Shown piece after piece: positions 10,457 through 23,095 of a DNA stretch of 54,964 bases. The DNA comes from Fonticula alba ATCC 38817 (taxonomy: Eukaryota; Protista; Nucleariida), in the NCBI GenBank assembly GCA_000388065.2, contig KB932204.1; one strand, 5' to 3'. Under the pieces are notes generated by a model, which was given only the letters and a program-made list of their open reading frames with translations, was not told the origin of the DNA and searched no databases. Every line of letters starts with the position of its first letter. Position 1 is the stretch's first letter. A program made the position numbers and the translations under genes.

Positions 10457-13400
10457 CTAATTGTGGGATACAATGTCCACCAGCTGGTAGGACCCGGAGA
10501 ACCAGGTCCGGCCGGCCGGGTCCACCAACAGGGCGGACACCAGCAGCCGCCGCCGGCGCCCGGGATCGAAGAGGCTGACCACGGTCGCCGGCGAGGAGGC
10601 GGACGCCGGCGAGGGCTCATGCCGCGCGCGGCGCCGGGATTGCGCAGCCGGGTCCAGGAGAAGTGGCAGGTCCGCCGACTCGACGGGCGGCAGGGCATCG
10701 GCGCCCCCGACAAACAGGTCCCCCCGGGCGAAAGTGAACGAGGCCTGGGCAAAGCGCGTGCCACGCAGGGCCGTCTGGCTGGCCGGGCTGCTTGGCTGGC
10801 CGCCGGCCAGGCTCAGCACCGGGCGGGCCGCCGAGCCGGAAGAGACCCCCGCCACCGGGGGGAGCTCGTCCGAGGTGGCCAGGTCCAGAGGCCGACTGTC
10901 GGTGGCGTGCGCGCTCGATCCGGCCAGGGGAACAACCCGCGCCATGCGGCCGGATGCCGAGAACAAGTCCACAAGGTCGATGTCCGCCGGCCCGGGCCCG
11001 CCAGGACCCGGGGCCCGGAAGTGCGGGTCGCCCAAATCACGCCCATCGGTCGCGGCCAGGTCCCCACTCAGCGGCACACACCACACCAGAGCCGCCACCG
11101 GCGGACCGGCGGCCGAACCCGCCACGGGGAGGCCCCTCCCCGGGGACGCCCCGACATCCGACACCAGGGTGCCGAGTGCGGCGCTCGAGGAGGCCCCCGA
11201 CCAGCTCTCGAAGGAGTCAATGCCCAGCCGAGGCCCCTCGCGCCCGGCGCCCTGGGCCCCGGCATCGAGGGCCAGGTGCCGGCAGAGGATGCGCTCCAGG
11301 GTGGCCGAGTCCCGGCGAGATGGCGGGGTCACCTGGATGGCCACATTGAGGACCAGCTGCGAGTCCTCCGGCATGTGGATCTCCATCGGCGCCATTGTCC
11401 CGGCGTCCGGGGAGGCCGGCGAGGCCGGTGCGGTCGCATGGCACGTCGGAAGCACCCGGAGCAAGCACTGCGTCGAGTCGCCCGCGCGGCCGGACAGGCC
11501 ACCGGACAATTCCGAGCTCAGCAGCTGCAGGACATACGCCGGCAGGCCGAGCGGGCTGTGCAACAGGAGTGCCCGTGCAAATGCGGCCACATGCTGCATC
11601 GGCACCCGCGGAGCAGGGGCGTCCTCCATCGAGGGGGAGCCCCCGCATCCCGCCAGGGATAGCAAACCATCCAGCCCGCCCGTGGCGTCCGAGCCAAAGG
11701 CAAAGTCGAAATCCCCATCCGCGTTTGAGGCATCACTCATGGTGGCATCCGGCTCCTCCATCGGCGGGGGGGCTTGTGACAGTGGCTGGCCCAGGAGCCC
11801 GAGTGCCGACCGCAGGCAAAGGCTATCCGGGTCGCGGCTGCGAATGGCCTTCGACAGGATGTGCAAAAGGATCGAGCGGCTGGCAGGACGAAAAAGCACG
11901 ACGGGTGTTAGATGTGTCCGGAGGGAGGGGAGTGGCGATGGGGAGAAGGGCCACTTAATGTGCGTGTGCGTGTGCGTGTGCGTATACGTGTACGTGTATA
12001 TGTACATGTACGTATACGTGTACGTGTACGTGTATATGTACATGTACGTATACGTGTACGTGTACGTGTATATGTACATGTACGTATACGTGTACGTGTA
12101 CATGTACATGTACGTATACGTGTACGTATGGAAAAGGGGGGGGGAGAGGGGCGAGCAAGCGTGATCCTGGAAAAGCAAGGGTGAGAAGGGCGAGCGGCAC
12201 GCACCGGTGAAGCTCTGCCTGCGTGAAGGAATCCAGATCGAAGTGAAGGCGGATGAGCTTCAGGTGGCCCTCCGAGAGCAGGGCCAGGTGCGCGGCCAGC
12301 TGCTCGGCCTACATGCCGTCGCCAAGGAAGAGCCCACCGACAGGGTGCCACGAAGGGGAAAGAACATGATCAGCAAAGGAGACCGCCAAAGCGAACGCCG
12401 GCCCGAAGGGCGGAAGGCCTGTGGCTGTGGCCGTGGCGTACCTGCACCGCGTGCAGCCGGTCGACATCAACGCTGTCGGCCAGCGAGGCTAGCTGCTGCA
12501 GTTGACGCAGGCAGGCGAAAGTACGGGACTGAAGCAGGAGGAAGTTGCAGAGGAAGCGATAATGCGAGCGAATGGAGGGGGAGAAGTCCTCCTCCAGCGA
12601 GGCGGCTCGGCCGCCCAGCTGGTCAAACCGCTGTAGCGTCCGGGCCAGAACCAGGGCATCGTCGTGCGCTCTCAGGACCAGCCCGAAGGGGACATTTGCC
12701 TATGGGGGGCGGGGGACAAAGCGGGGGTCGCCAGAAGGGCAGAGGGAGGGAGAGAGAGAGGGAGAAAAAGAGGGAGAAAGGGGAGAAGAGGGAGAGAAAA
12801 GAGGGAGAAAAGAAAAAGAGGGGGAGAGGAGGCAAAAGGGAGAGAAGAGGGAGAGAAGAGGGACAAAGGAGAAAAGAACAACAGAAGGGACAGGGAGAGA
12901 CAGGGACGAGGATGGCAGCGAAGCACGGTGAGTAAGACAGAGGTGACGGAGAGGAGGATGGCGATGGCTCGATGATGCGCACCAGACCGGCATCCTCATC
13001 GGCGAGTGCACGCAGTGCTGTGGCCGCAATGCCCGCGAGCAGGACCAGAAGGCGGCGAGAGAGTTGCTGCACCTCCGAAGGGGCGGCTGTCTGAATGTGC
13101 GACCCGGTCAGGCCAGCTGGCCGCCGGCTGTCCATGTCCGACGACGAGGCCGGCCCCCGGTGCAGGAGCCCATGCGAAAAGTCGATGGTCGGTAGGGCGG
13201 CCAAGAAACGCAGCGCCAGTGGCGCCGCCCGACCGGTGCGCAGGCAGAACCCGGCGATGCGCTCGACCGTGCACAACAGGAAGGCCAGGCCTGGCGCCTG
13301 GAAAACCACCTGCGGGGAGACAACGCGCGTGCTGCCACCCCCCGGGGCGCTCGCCTCCTCCGCCTCCGTCCCCATGGCCAGACCACTGGCCAGGGCCGTG

Positions 13401-15249
13401 TCCCCGCTGGACAGCCGCCCGGCCACGGCCAGCAGGCGCGCCTCCTCCGCGGGTCCATACAGCCCGGGGAAGCGCCCAAGAACCAGCACAAGGGTGGCTA
13501 GCAGCTCGATGCACCGGCTGGCGCCGGACAGTGCACTCAGGCCTCCGGCAGGGACCGGCTGCGCAAGGGAAAACTCCAACAGGCGATCCATCAGATCCAG
13601 TGCCATGGTGCTCGGGCCGAGCGTCGGGTTGGCCGGGGCCAAGTCCAGTGGGAGCGTCTCCACCGAGCCCAGGCACGCTGCAAGGCAGTGTTGCAGCTGA
13701 AGGAGGATGGCCATCTTGGCGCGGGACGTCGTGTTGTCTGACGGGGGGGCGCATGGTCAGTCCGAGGCCGCCACAGGGCGGAGAGAAGAGGACAAGCAGT
13801 GGGGAGGGGGGGGAGGGTCCCCATCGGAGGCCAATCACCAGGGGCCGGTGTGCTCACGTACCCTCGAGCCGATCAAAGAGCACGGAGGCCACAGTCAGAT
13901 GGATGACGATGAGGCTGGTCCCATCGACCAGGGCGCCCAGGACTGCGCGCGGCTCGGCCCGACCCAGCAACTCCAATGCATCGACCGTCTCCGAGGCGAT
14001 CTGCCCCAGGGGACGATCCGGCGAGGGAGGAGGTCAGCTCGATGGCGAAGAGGTCGAGAGAGGGGGGGAGAGGGGGGGAGAGACCCAGACACGCAGGAGA
14101 CGTGGGGGAACAAAGAGCAACACACAGGATAGCCACGCACCATCAAGTCCGCTACCGCCTCGCGGCCCTCATCAGCCGGGGACATGTGGGCTCGCAACGA
14201 GGCGAGAAGCTTGTCTGCCAAGCTGTCCAGTGTCGCTGCGTGAAAGGGAAGGCCGCGTCAGCACACGTCAAAGGTTGTGGGCAAATGCAAAAGGCAGCAC
14301 GCTCAAAGGAAAAGCCATACCCAGAGAGGCCGCATCGCCCGGGAGGTGATATCGGCGGAAGATGGCCACCACCAGCAGACGCATGGCAGGCACATGGCGA
14401 TCATCAAAGCAAGCCAGTCCCACCACCGCGGCCAGGAGCTCGGGCTCGCCGAAGACAGCCTCCAAATGGCGGTCCTGGTCCGTATCGATGGCCGCGATCA
14501 GCACCTGGCAGATCGGCGCGCAGACTGACACCGGGCCGCGCTGCATGAGTGTCGCAAGCATATGCTGTACGCCGAGGAGAGGGGGGGGGGAGGACGCGTC
14601 AGAATGGTCGAGAGTGCCGCCCGCCGCGAGTCGCCCATGGCCAGATCACACATACCTGACACACATCCACCGGGAGCTCCTGGCCCTGGCTGACCAGTGA
14701 ACGAATTGCAGACAGCACATGCCCCAGCAGAATGGCCGGCCCCTCCTGGCGGAGGTCCACCGTGCTCAGAGGGACCGCCAGGAGGTCCTCGGCGGGGTGG
14801 GCCTTGTCAGCCTGGCGCCGGCCCAGCAGCAGCGTCTGAGCCCAGGCGGTCAGGACCTGGAACAGGGCCGGGCGGCGCGCCGGCAGCCGGAGGACCAGGC
14901 TCAACAGAGTCCCGATGCATGCCTCGATCAGTGGCAGCGACACGTCCTGGGCCGAGGAGAAGCGCGATGCGCGCATCGCCGCAAAGCACAGATGGACAGC
15001 CTGCACCGCGAGGCGAGGGAGCCAAGCGAAAGGTCAGCCCCGGCGGACGAGCACGAGCGCAGCGAAGGCCATCCGCCAAAGGGCCCCGGGGCCGGTGGGG
15101 GCGGGGACCGAAACGCACCTGGTCGGTGTCGGCCTCCGAGGGCCACATGTGTTTGAGCAGGCAAATCAGGGAGACACGAATGCTCGCCGGGTGGCGAAGG
15201 TCTGTGCCGGCATGTGAGTCGCGAGCCGAGGCCGGGAGGTGGCGAAGCT

Positions 15250-15326
<77 letters not shown>

Positions 15327-15648
15327 TGACAAAGGGGCAAGTGCTGAGGCGGACCCTGGAGGAGAGTGACAATTTTCTCGAGAATACTCGAGGCAAAGAC
15401 CGGCGACAGGGCGGCCACCCGGTCGGCCGCACTGATGGTGGCTTGGAAGACACGAAAGTCACATGTGGTCGAGGACTCCGAAGACGAAGACAGTGTCTCG
15501 CGAAGGCTGGCGTGCAAGCGCGTCAGGGCCGGCACGCGGGCGGGAAACAAACAAGCAGGCCACGGCCAAGCAGGCCCAGCTACGCACACATTGTGGATTT
15601 CAACCCGGTCAGCCAGGACACTGGCCATCTCGGACACCATGCTGGGAG

Positions 15649-15689
<41 letters not shown>

Positions 15690-17096
15690 ATGGAGGACCA
15701 TCGGCAGGCATCGGTCAGTGGGGCCGGGGCAGGTGGGAGGCGAGGGGAAGGGCCGCTGGCCGGCGTACCGGATGGTCAGGGCCCGCGCGGCGGGATCCAT
15801 GCCGAAGGCAGTTTCGTGCGTCAGCGACGTGACCACCTCCTCGATGTTGAGGATGAGCCCCAGCAAGCCGGTGGCGGCCATGGTGCGCACGGCCCCGAGA
15901 CACGCATGGCGCAGGGCCACCGACCGCGTGCCACAAAAGAAGTCCACCAGGCGCAGGACCGCCGTGTTGACCACCTCCGCCAGGGGGAAGGTGGCCAGGA
16001 GCCCGGGCAGCCGCGACAGGGCGGTCGTCTGGACGGCGATCACCCCGGAATGGAGCTGCGTCTCGAGCTCGGTCACCAGGCGCAGGCCCCGCGTGGTGGA
16101 CATCGACGCATCCGAGGGGCCCGTGTCCGGGGCAAATTGCTGGAAAAGGTGCCGGCCTGCGGCGCCGGGCCCGGCCGCCAGCGACCCGGACGAGGCCGCC
16201 ATGCCGCCGGATGCCAGGGCATCGGCGCTGGAAAGCCCCCCCTCGCGAGCGACCAGGTGCGCCGCCAATTGGGGCGGCCCGACGGCAATCTGCGGTATGG
16301 CAGCCGAAGTGCCAGGCGCCGGGGCGCTGGCGGGCACGGCCGCCGCCGCGGCCGCCGACGCCGAGGCAGACGACCCCACGAAGGTGACTCCCGAACTGGG
16401 GGGCTCATGCGACCCGGGGGTGGCCATCGCGGCCCCCGGCCGTGGGCCGTAATCGACCATGCTTGGCCCGTGGCTGGGGCCGTAGTTGGGCGGCGGCCCG
16501 GGGTCCGCCGGGGCCGGCGGCAGGGTCCAAGCCCCCGGGCGCCCGGGCAGCTGCAGCCCTCCCGGGTGGATGCCCGGCATGCCCGGCGGTGGGAGGGGCC
16601 CCGTCACCGGAGGGCCCTGGGAAGGAGCGGCGGCGCTGCCGGCTCCGGTCGAATCGAAGCCGGCCACCACCGGCAGGGAAATCCCCGGCGTGACTGGCCG
16701 AGGGCCAGGCCCGATGCCCGGCGGGGGGAGCTCGATCGCCGGCCCCACGCCCGGGGCGGGAAGCTCGATGCCGGACTGGCCGGCCGGCAGGGACACCAGC
16801 GGGACCGGCGCGCCCCCGGGCACCGGCGGCAGGAAGGCCCCAGGCGGGGCGGCCCCCTGCGGCGGGGGCAGCTTCACAATGGCCGGCAATTGCGGCGAGG
16901 GGGCGGCCATGTGCCCGGATGGCGGATGGTGCCGGCCAAAATGCGGCGGCACCGGGTGCAGGTGCGGCCCCGGGAAGGCCCGGCCGCGGGGGTGCTGCAT
17001 CGACGGCGGCAGGGTCAGGCCTCCGGGGGCCGGGGGCCCGGCGCCGCTGCCAGATGCGGGAGGTGGTCCGCCGCCACCCGGCGGGTTGGAAGACAT
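10457..17096 (-). CDS. INTS7: Integrator complex subunit 7 with a long Pro/Gly-rich N-terminal extension; multi-exon
   Basis: The spliced N-terminal domain LVTELETQLHSG...LSRLPGLLATFPLAEVVNTAVLRLVDFF...ILNIEEVV...MDPAARALTIR|MVSEMASVLADRVEIHNV|LRETL...SILEKIVTLLQ|DLRHPASIRVSLICLLKHM parallels human INTS7 LMELDKGLRSG...FPRLFQKYPFPILINSAFLKLADVF...ILNVDEFV...NDPVARAITLRMLGSLASII...LKLKLIPILQHM. The later motifs RFLCNFLLLQ, HFDLDSFT, LPAYVLQ and EDSQLVLNV also correspond. Confidence 0.88.
11958..12130. repeat. 173-nt perfectly alternating purine-pyrimidine tract built from hexamers with a 30/36-nt higher-order repeat
   Basis: Read directly: (GTGTGC)n followed by gtatac/gtgtac/gtgtat/atgtac units. 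It lies inside INTS7 intron 12204-11880. Confidence 0.95.
15250..15325. repeat. G76 homopolymer (C76 on the INTS7 sense strand), intronic
   Basis: Uninterrupted G run. Homology places it in an intron (LLQ G|gtccgc ... cacag|AC LRHPAS), so it is not a real poly-Pro tract. Confidence 0.9.
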
Positions 17097-17375
17097 CCGG
17101 CAGGGAAAGGGAGGCGAGGGGGAGCGAGCAAGCCGAGGGAGGGCGATGGAGGGCGAGGAAGGGCGAGGGAGGGCGAGGGAGGGCGAGGGAGGGGAGAATT
17201 CAAGCACGGAAATGAGTGCAATGCCGCAGGCTGCCAGGGAGGAAAAGGAGGGCGGGCAGGCAGGCAGGCGGGCGGGCGAGCGGATGGGGTCGGGAATGGG
17301 CTGCCGACGGCAGCGGATTGCCGCGGCTTTTGGAGGCTTCACCGGCGGACTTCACCAATCGCGCGCCGGGACGGC

Positions 17376-17406
<31 letters not shown>

Positions 17407-18978
17407 GGGTGGGAGCCGGGGGCGTCCGGGCGCCGGCGCCGACGCCGAATCGAATGGATGCCGGGGGCGGACGCCGCAGAGATCTCGGCCCATCGCGCGG
17501 CGGACACTGGCGTCTACCCGTGCCGAGCCCGCTTCCCCACGCCCCTCCGCTGGCAGTCAAGGGGCGCATCGACGCCAGCCCCGTTGGCATCCGGCCCGGA
17601 CCGAGCACCAGCCCTTGATCACTCGTGCGTGAGTGGTGCGTGATATGCCCGCTCGTGAAGCGCGGGGCTCCGGCCTCCCGCGCGCCCCCCTCCGGACGCT
17701 CTCGGCCAGGCCGGCCGGGGAAAAGCAGCGCGCCGGGGGGGGGGGGGGCGGCGAGCCGCTCCTCCCGCGGCCACGCAATGAATGGTGGTGCCAGGGCCCC
17801 TTGTGAGCGGCTTGGCCTTGCAGCTGGAGGGGGGGGAGTCGGCGGCCGGGGCAGGGAGGGCGGGTCAGCATTGCATTGTGTTGGGGCGTGCTGACCTCCG
17901 CCGCCGCCGCCGCCGGCAGGGCAGGGTGCGGGAGAGGGGGGGGGGGGGTACAGGGGGCGGGGGGGGGTAGGCCGCCAGACCTGGGGTATATGCACATGGA
18001 ACTGGGTGCTCCGCCGGGGGCCGGCTCGGGAAGTCATGGCGCCCCTGTGCTGGCGCGCAATCCAGCGCAGGGCGCACGAGGGGGCGCAGTGGGGGGAAGA
18101 GACACGCGGGGGTCCATTTGGTGCGCCCATTCCACGTGCCGGGCCCAGGCGGCGGAGCTTTCGGCCGCGGGCCCGGCGGACGCCAGGCGCCTTCGCTGTG
18201 GCTCCCCCGCCCTCCCGCCCCGGTCCCGGTGGGAATGGCCCATCTTCGTGGAAGGGGGGCTGTGTTGCCCGTTTCTTTGTTCCGGCCGGCGGAGGGACTC
18301 GCCGGAGGGACTATTCGCTCTTTTTTATTTCCCCCCGCCTCCCAGGAGGCCAAGGCCTCCATGCGCGCCAGCAGCCCGTGCGTGCTTTTGTGCCTCGGCC
18401 CGAAGCCCATCAGCACGCCAGTCGGGCGCGGGAATCCGGCGGCGGGAGGGGGGGGGGGGCGGAGAGACCCGCCCACCGGCCGCCCCCTGCCCCTCCCCGG
18501 CACCTCCCCAAGTGATGCGCGCAGGCGCGGGCCCCGGGCGGGCGCCGGGTCGCCCGGGAACCAGTCGCCGGCCCGGACTGCCACCGAAAACCGCCGCCGA
18601 GGGCGCGCCCAGCCCACGCCACCGCCGGCCCCGGGCCACCTGCGATACCCCCCCCCCCCCTGCAGGGCGAGCCACACGGGCGCCTCGTCCGTCGGGGGGA
18701 CCCGGGCGCGGGGCCGGCGGCAACGAGGCACCGAGTCACCACCGAAAGCAACAGGGCGCGCCCCCCCCCCCCGCCCCCGCCCCACCAACGAACCGCTCGC
18801 CAGTTTGGGGCTCCCGGCCCGGGGGTGGGCAGGGCCGGCCGATTTAGCCCGCAAGTGACGCATTCCGCTCCGGCCGAGTGGCAGGCACGCACCGGGAACG
18901 GGACCAACCGCGCATGGGCCGGGGGCGCCCTCGACGAACGGGGGGGGGGCGCGGCAACGCAGGGACCCCCCCGCCACT

Positions 18979-19010
<32 letters not shown>

Positions 19011-19398
19011 TGCCGCCCTTTAAGACCCGCAGGCGTGGCCCCCAGGGCCGCCCCNNNNNNNNNNNNNNNNNNNNNNNNNNNNNNNNNNNNNNNNNNNNNN
19101 NNNNNNNNNNNNNNNNNNNNNNNNNNNNNNNNNNNNNNNNNNNNNNNNNNNNNNNNNNNNNNNNNNNNNNNNNNNNNNNNNNNNNNNNNNNNNNNNNNNN
19201 NNNNNNNNNNNNNNNNNNNNNNNNNNNNNNNNNNNNNNNNNNNNNNNNNNNNNNNNNNNNNNNNNNNNNNNNNNNNNNNNNNNNNNNNNNNNNNNNNNNN
19301 NNNNNNNNNNNNNNNNNNNNNNNNNNNNNNNNNNNNNNNNNNNNNNNNNNNNNNNNNNNCCCCCCACACACACACACGCCATGATGCCGGCCACACAG

Positions 19399-22360
19399 CC
19401 TCCCCCACCGCCCTGGCCAACCGCAACAAGTACGCCAACGCCCTGCGCCTGGTCGAGGCCTACCGCACCCACGGGCATGTCCTGTCCTCCCTGAACCCCC
19501 TGGCCCCGGCGGCCGCCGGGCAGAAGCAGGACTCGCAGGCGGTGGAGACCCGGCGCCTGCTCAACCCGGCCCTCTACGGCCTGACCCTGGAGGACACCAT
19601 CTCCACCGAGGGCATTGTGGCCGACCTGCCGGCCGAGGTGACCGTCGCCGAGCTGATCGCCACCCTGGACCGCACCTACTCCGCCTCCATTGGGTACGAG
19701 TTCACCTACCTGCCGACCGAGGCCGAGCGCGAGTGGTTCGCCTCGGCGGTGGAGCGCCTGGCCGCCGCCCCGGCCACCGATGCCGCCACCAGCATGCGCA
19801 TGTGGGAGCGCATGATGCGCTCCGAGGTCTTCGATCAGTTCATGACCAAGCGCTTTGCCCAGGTCAAGCGCTACGGCTGCGAGGGCATCGAGTCCATGCA
19901 TGTCGGCCTGGAGGCCATCTTCGAGGCGGCCAACCGCGCCGGCGTCTCGGACATCGTCCTCGGCATGCCCCATCGCGGGCGCCTCAACCTCCTGACCGAT
20001 CTGATGGGCCTCCCGGCCGAGGCCCTCTTCCACAAGCTGGCCACCGGCGAGAGCGAGCTGCCCCCGGATGCCATTGCCTCCGGCGATGTGCTGTCTCACA
20101 TTGCCGCCTCCGTGGACCTGGCCTTCGGTGGCGAGGGCTCCCCGGCCACTCACATTTCCATGCTGCACAACCCGTCGCACCTGGAGGCCGTCAACCCGGT
20201 GACCACCGGCAAGGCCCGTGCCAAGCTCACCATGAAGGAGGCCTTCACCCCGGGGGTGACCTCCGCCCAGCCGGACCTGTCGGTGCTGGCCCTGCAGGTG
20301 CACGGCGATTCGGCCTTCGCCGGGCAGGGCGTCGTCCCGGAGACCCTGCTCCTGGCCAACATTCCCCACTACACCACCTACGGGTCGGTGCATGTGGTGG
20401 TCAACAACCAGGTGGGCTTCACCACGCAGAACCGCAATGCCCGGTCCACTCGCTACGCCTCGGATGTGGCCAAGTCCATCAGCGCCCCGGTCATCCACGT
20501 GAATGCCGAGGACCCGGAGGCCGTTCGCGCCGTATTCACCCTGGCCACCGAGTACCGCCAGACCTTCGGCCGTGATGTGGTCCTGGATCTGATTGGCTTC
20601 CGCCGCTGGGGCCACAATGAGCTCGATGAGCCGGCCTTCACCCAGCCGCTCATGTATGCCGATGTGCGCGCTCGCGAGTCGGTCGTCACCAAGTACGAGC
20701 GTGATGTCATCCTGGCCAAGGGCCACGCCTCGGCCGAGGAGCTCCAGCAGCGCCGCGCCGCCTATGAGGCCGTCCTGGATGCCGCGCTCGATCGCTGCCG
20801 GTCGTATGTCCCCCCGAAGGAGGATCTGGCCGGTCGCTGGACCGGCATCGAGCGCTCGCCCGCCTGCCGCAGCCACGAGACCGCCCCGGTTACCGGGGTG
20901 CCGATGGAGCGCCTCCTGGCCGCCGGCCGGGCTTCGGTCACCGTGCCGGACACCGTGCAGCCGCATGATCGCCTGGTGCGCACGCACCTGCGCAACCGCC
21001 TCCGCCGCCTGGATGCCGGGGAGCCGGTTGACTGGGCCACCGCCGAGGCCATGGCCTTCGGCACCCTGCTGGCCGATGGCCAGGTTGTCCGTCTGTCCGG
21101 CCAGGATGTCGGCCGTGGCACCTTCAGCCATCGCCATGCCATGCTCGTGGACCAGACCTCCGATGAGGTCCATGTTCCGCTCAACTCGGCCCTCCTCCCG
21201 GCCCTGGAGGAGGCCGGTGTGGCCGGGCCGGCCCCGGTCGGCCGCATCGAGCTGGCCAACAGCCCGCTGTCGGAGCTGGCCGTCCTCGGCTTCGAGTATG
21301 GCCACTCGCTTGACACTCCCAACACCCTGACCCTGTGGGAGGCCCAGTTCGGTGACTTCTGGAACACCGCCCAGGTCATGGTCGACACCTTCACCACCTG
21401 CAGCGAGACCAAGTGGCTGCGCCAGTCCAGCCTGACCATGCTCCTGCCGCATGGCTACGATGGCACCGGCCCGGAGCACTCGAGCTCTCGCATCGAGCGC
21501 TTCCTCCAGCTGTCGGATGAGCCCTTCGCCAAGCTTGACGGGTGCGTGTGCCTGGCGCCGGGTTTTTTTTTTCTTCGCCTCCTTTCTCGCCCGCGCACCT
21601 CCTGTGCCGTGCGCGCCCCCCCCCCCCCCTCCCAGGCGCACGCCACTCACCCTTTGGTGATACTCACACACACACACACACACGCACGCACACACACGCC
21701 CCGCTCCCCCGCACCCAAAGCAACATGCCCCTGCCGAACGTCATCATCGCCAACCCCACCACCCCGGCCCAGTACTTCCACATCCTGCGTCGCCAGCAGG
21801 CCCGCTCTTTCCGCAAGCCCCTGGTCCTGGCCACCCCGAAGACCCTGCTCCGCCTGCCGGCCGCCGTCTCCCCTCTGGAGGATCTGACCCCGGCCTCCGG
21901 CGGCTTCAAGCCGGTCCTGGCCGACCCGGCCTTCGCGGACGGTCGCGCCTACTCGGCCGAGCGCGTGCTCCTTTGCTCCGGCAAGCTGTACTACGAGCTG
22001 GTTGCCGAGCGCGCCCGCCGTGGCCTCGACGACAAGGTGGCCATCGTCCGGGTGGAGGAGCTGTCGCCCTTCCCGTTCGATGCCCTGCGCGAGACCCTCG
22101 ACCAGTACTCCAACGCGGTCAACTGCTCCAACAACCTGGTTTGGGTCCAGGAGGAGCACCAGAACCAGGGCCCGTGGACCTACGTCCAGCCTCGCATTAA
22201 CAGCCTGTACGCCTCGGAGGATGTCATGTACGCGGGCTCCGGCGAGCCGGCCGGCATTCGCTACGTCGGTCGGGCCCCGCTCGGCTGCCCGGCCACCGGC
22301 ATCTCCAAGGTCCACCAGGCCGAGGTGGCCAAGATCTACGAGGATGCCTTCACGGCCTAA
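19399..22360 (+). CDS. DHTKD1: 2-oxoadipate dehydrogenase E1 (DHTKD1-type); first exon and start probably lost in gap 19055-19359
   Basis: KRYGCEGIESM, GMPHRGRLNLL, HNPSHLEAVNPV, VHGDSAFAGQG (ThDP motif), RRWGHNELDEPAFTQPLMY, DWATAEAMAFG, LSGQDVGRGTFSHRH, WEAQFGDFWN, LPHGYDGTGPEHSS. KRYGxEG, WGHNELDEP and GYDG are DHTKD1-type rather than OGDH-type (KRFGLEG, GHNEMDEP, GMEG). Intron 21542-21720. Confidence 0.88.
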
Positions 22361-22429
22361 GGAGGAGAGCCGCGCGCGTCTCCGGTCTTCCGCTCGGGTG
22401 AAAATCGCCGACCGGTGTCCCGGCCATGA

Positions 22430-22464
<35 letters not shown>

Positions 22465-23095
22465 CCCCAAACCTCGTCATCTCCCGGGCTGCCCCCTCCC
22501 CCCTCTCCAAACACACATACATCTACCCTCCACCCCCCTTTCACACACCCCCACGAGGGAGGCAGCCCCCCTCTCGCGTGTGACCGCATACATAATAGAT
22601 TCACTTTTGTTTTGACAAGCCGCTCCTCTCCCTGCCCGCCTCTCTGCCCCCAAGAATATGATGGGGTCAGGCCACACACACACACGAGCTGGTGGATATT
22701 TCCTGGTCCCACACCACCAGCACGAGGGCGGCACCCAACAGCAATCTTTCTTTCTTTTTTTTCTCAACCGATGTGGCTTTTTATTGGCCCCCCCGCAAAT
22801 GAAGCACATACCCACCAGTGTGTGGGAGAGGGCAGAACATGCTAAGGGTGGACAGGTCCGCCGCCGACACCTCAGAGGGCAAACACTCTCACGTGCAGGG
22901 GGGAGGGGCACACAGCGCGTACAGGGCATCCCAGGGCGCGGGAGGAGGGAACACGCCCCTCCCCTCGCACCCGGGGGAGTCGTCCATCGGAGGGGGGAGC
23001 CACCTCAACTACGGTGGCCCGCCCAGAAAATACGACTCTCATCGCCGAGAGGGAGGGAGGGGGAGAAGGCGACATCATGCCAGAGGTTGTACCTC

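Noticed and set aside
11955-12200. ORFs with YTYT/HVHV/VYVY dipeptide repeats
   Set aside because: They are translations of the intronic RY tract.
15250-15325. Apparent 25-residue poly-proline tract in INTS7
   Set aside because: Homology is restored only when the segment is spliced out (LLQ-D-LRHPAS), so it is intronic.
19399-22360. Calling this gene OGDH/KGD1
   Set aside because: The diagnostic motifs are DHTKD1-type.
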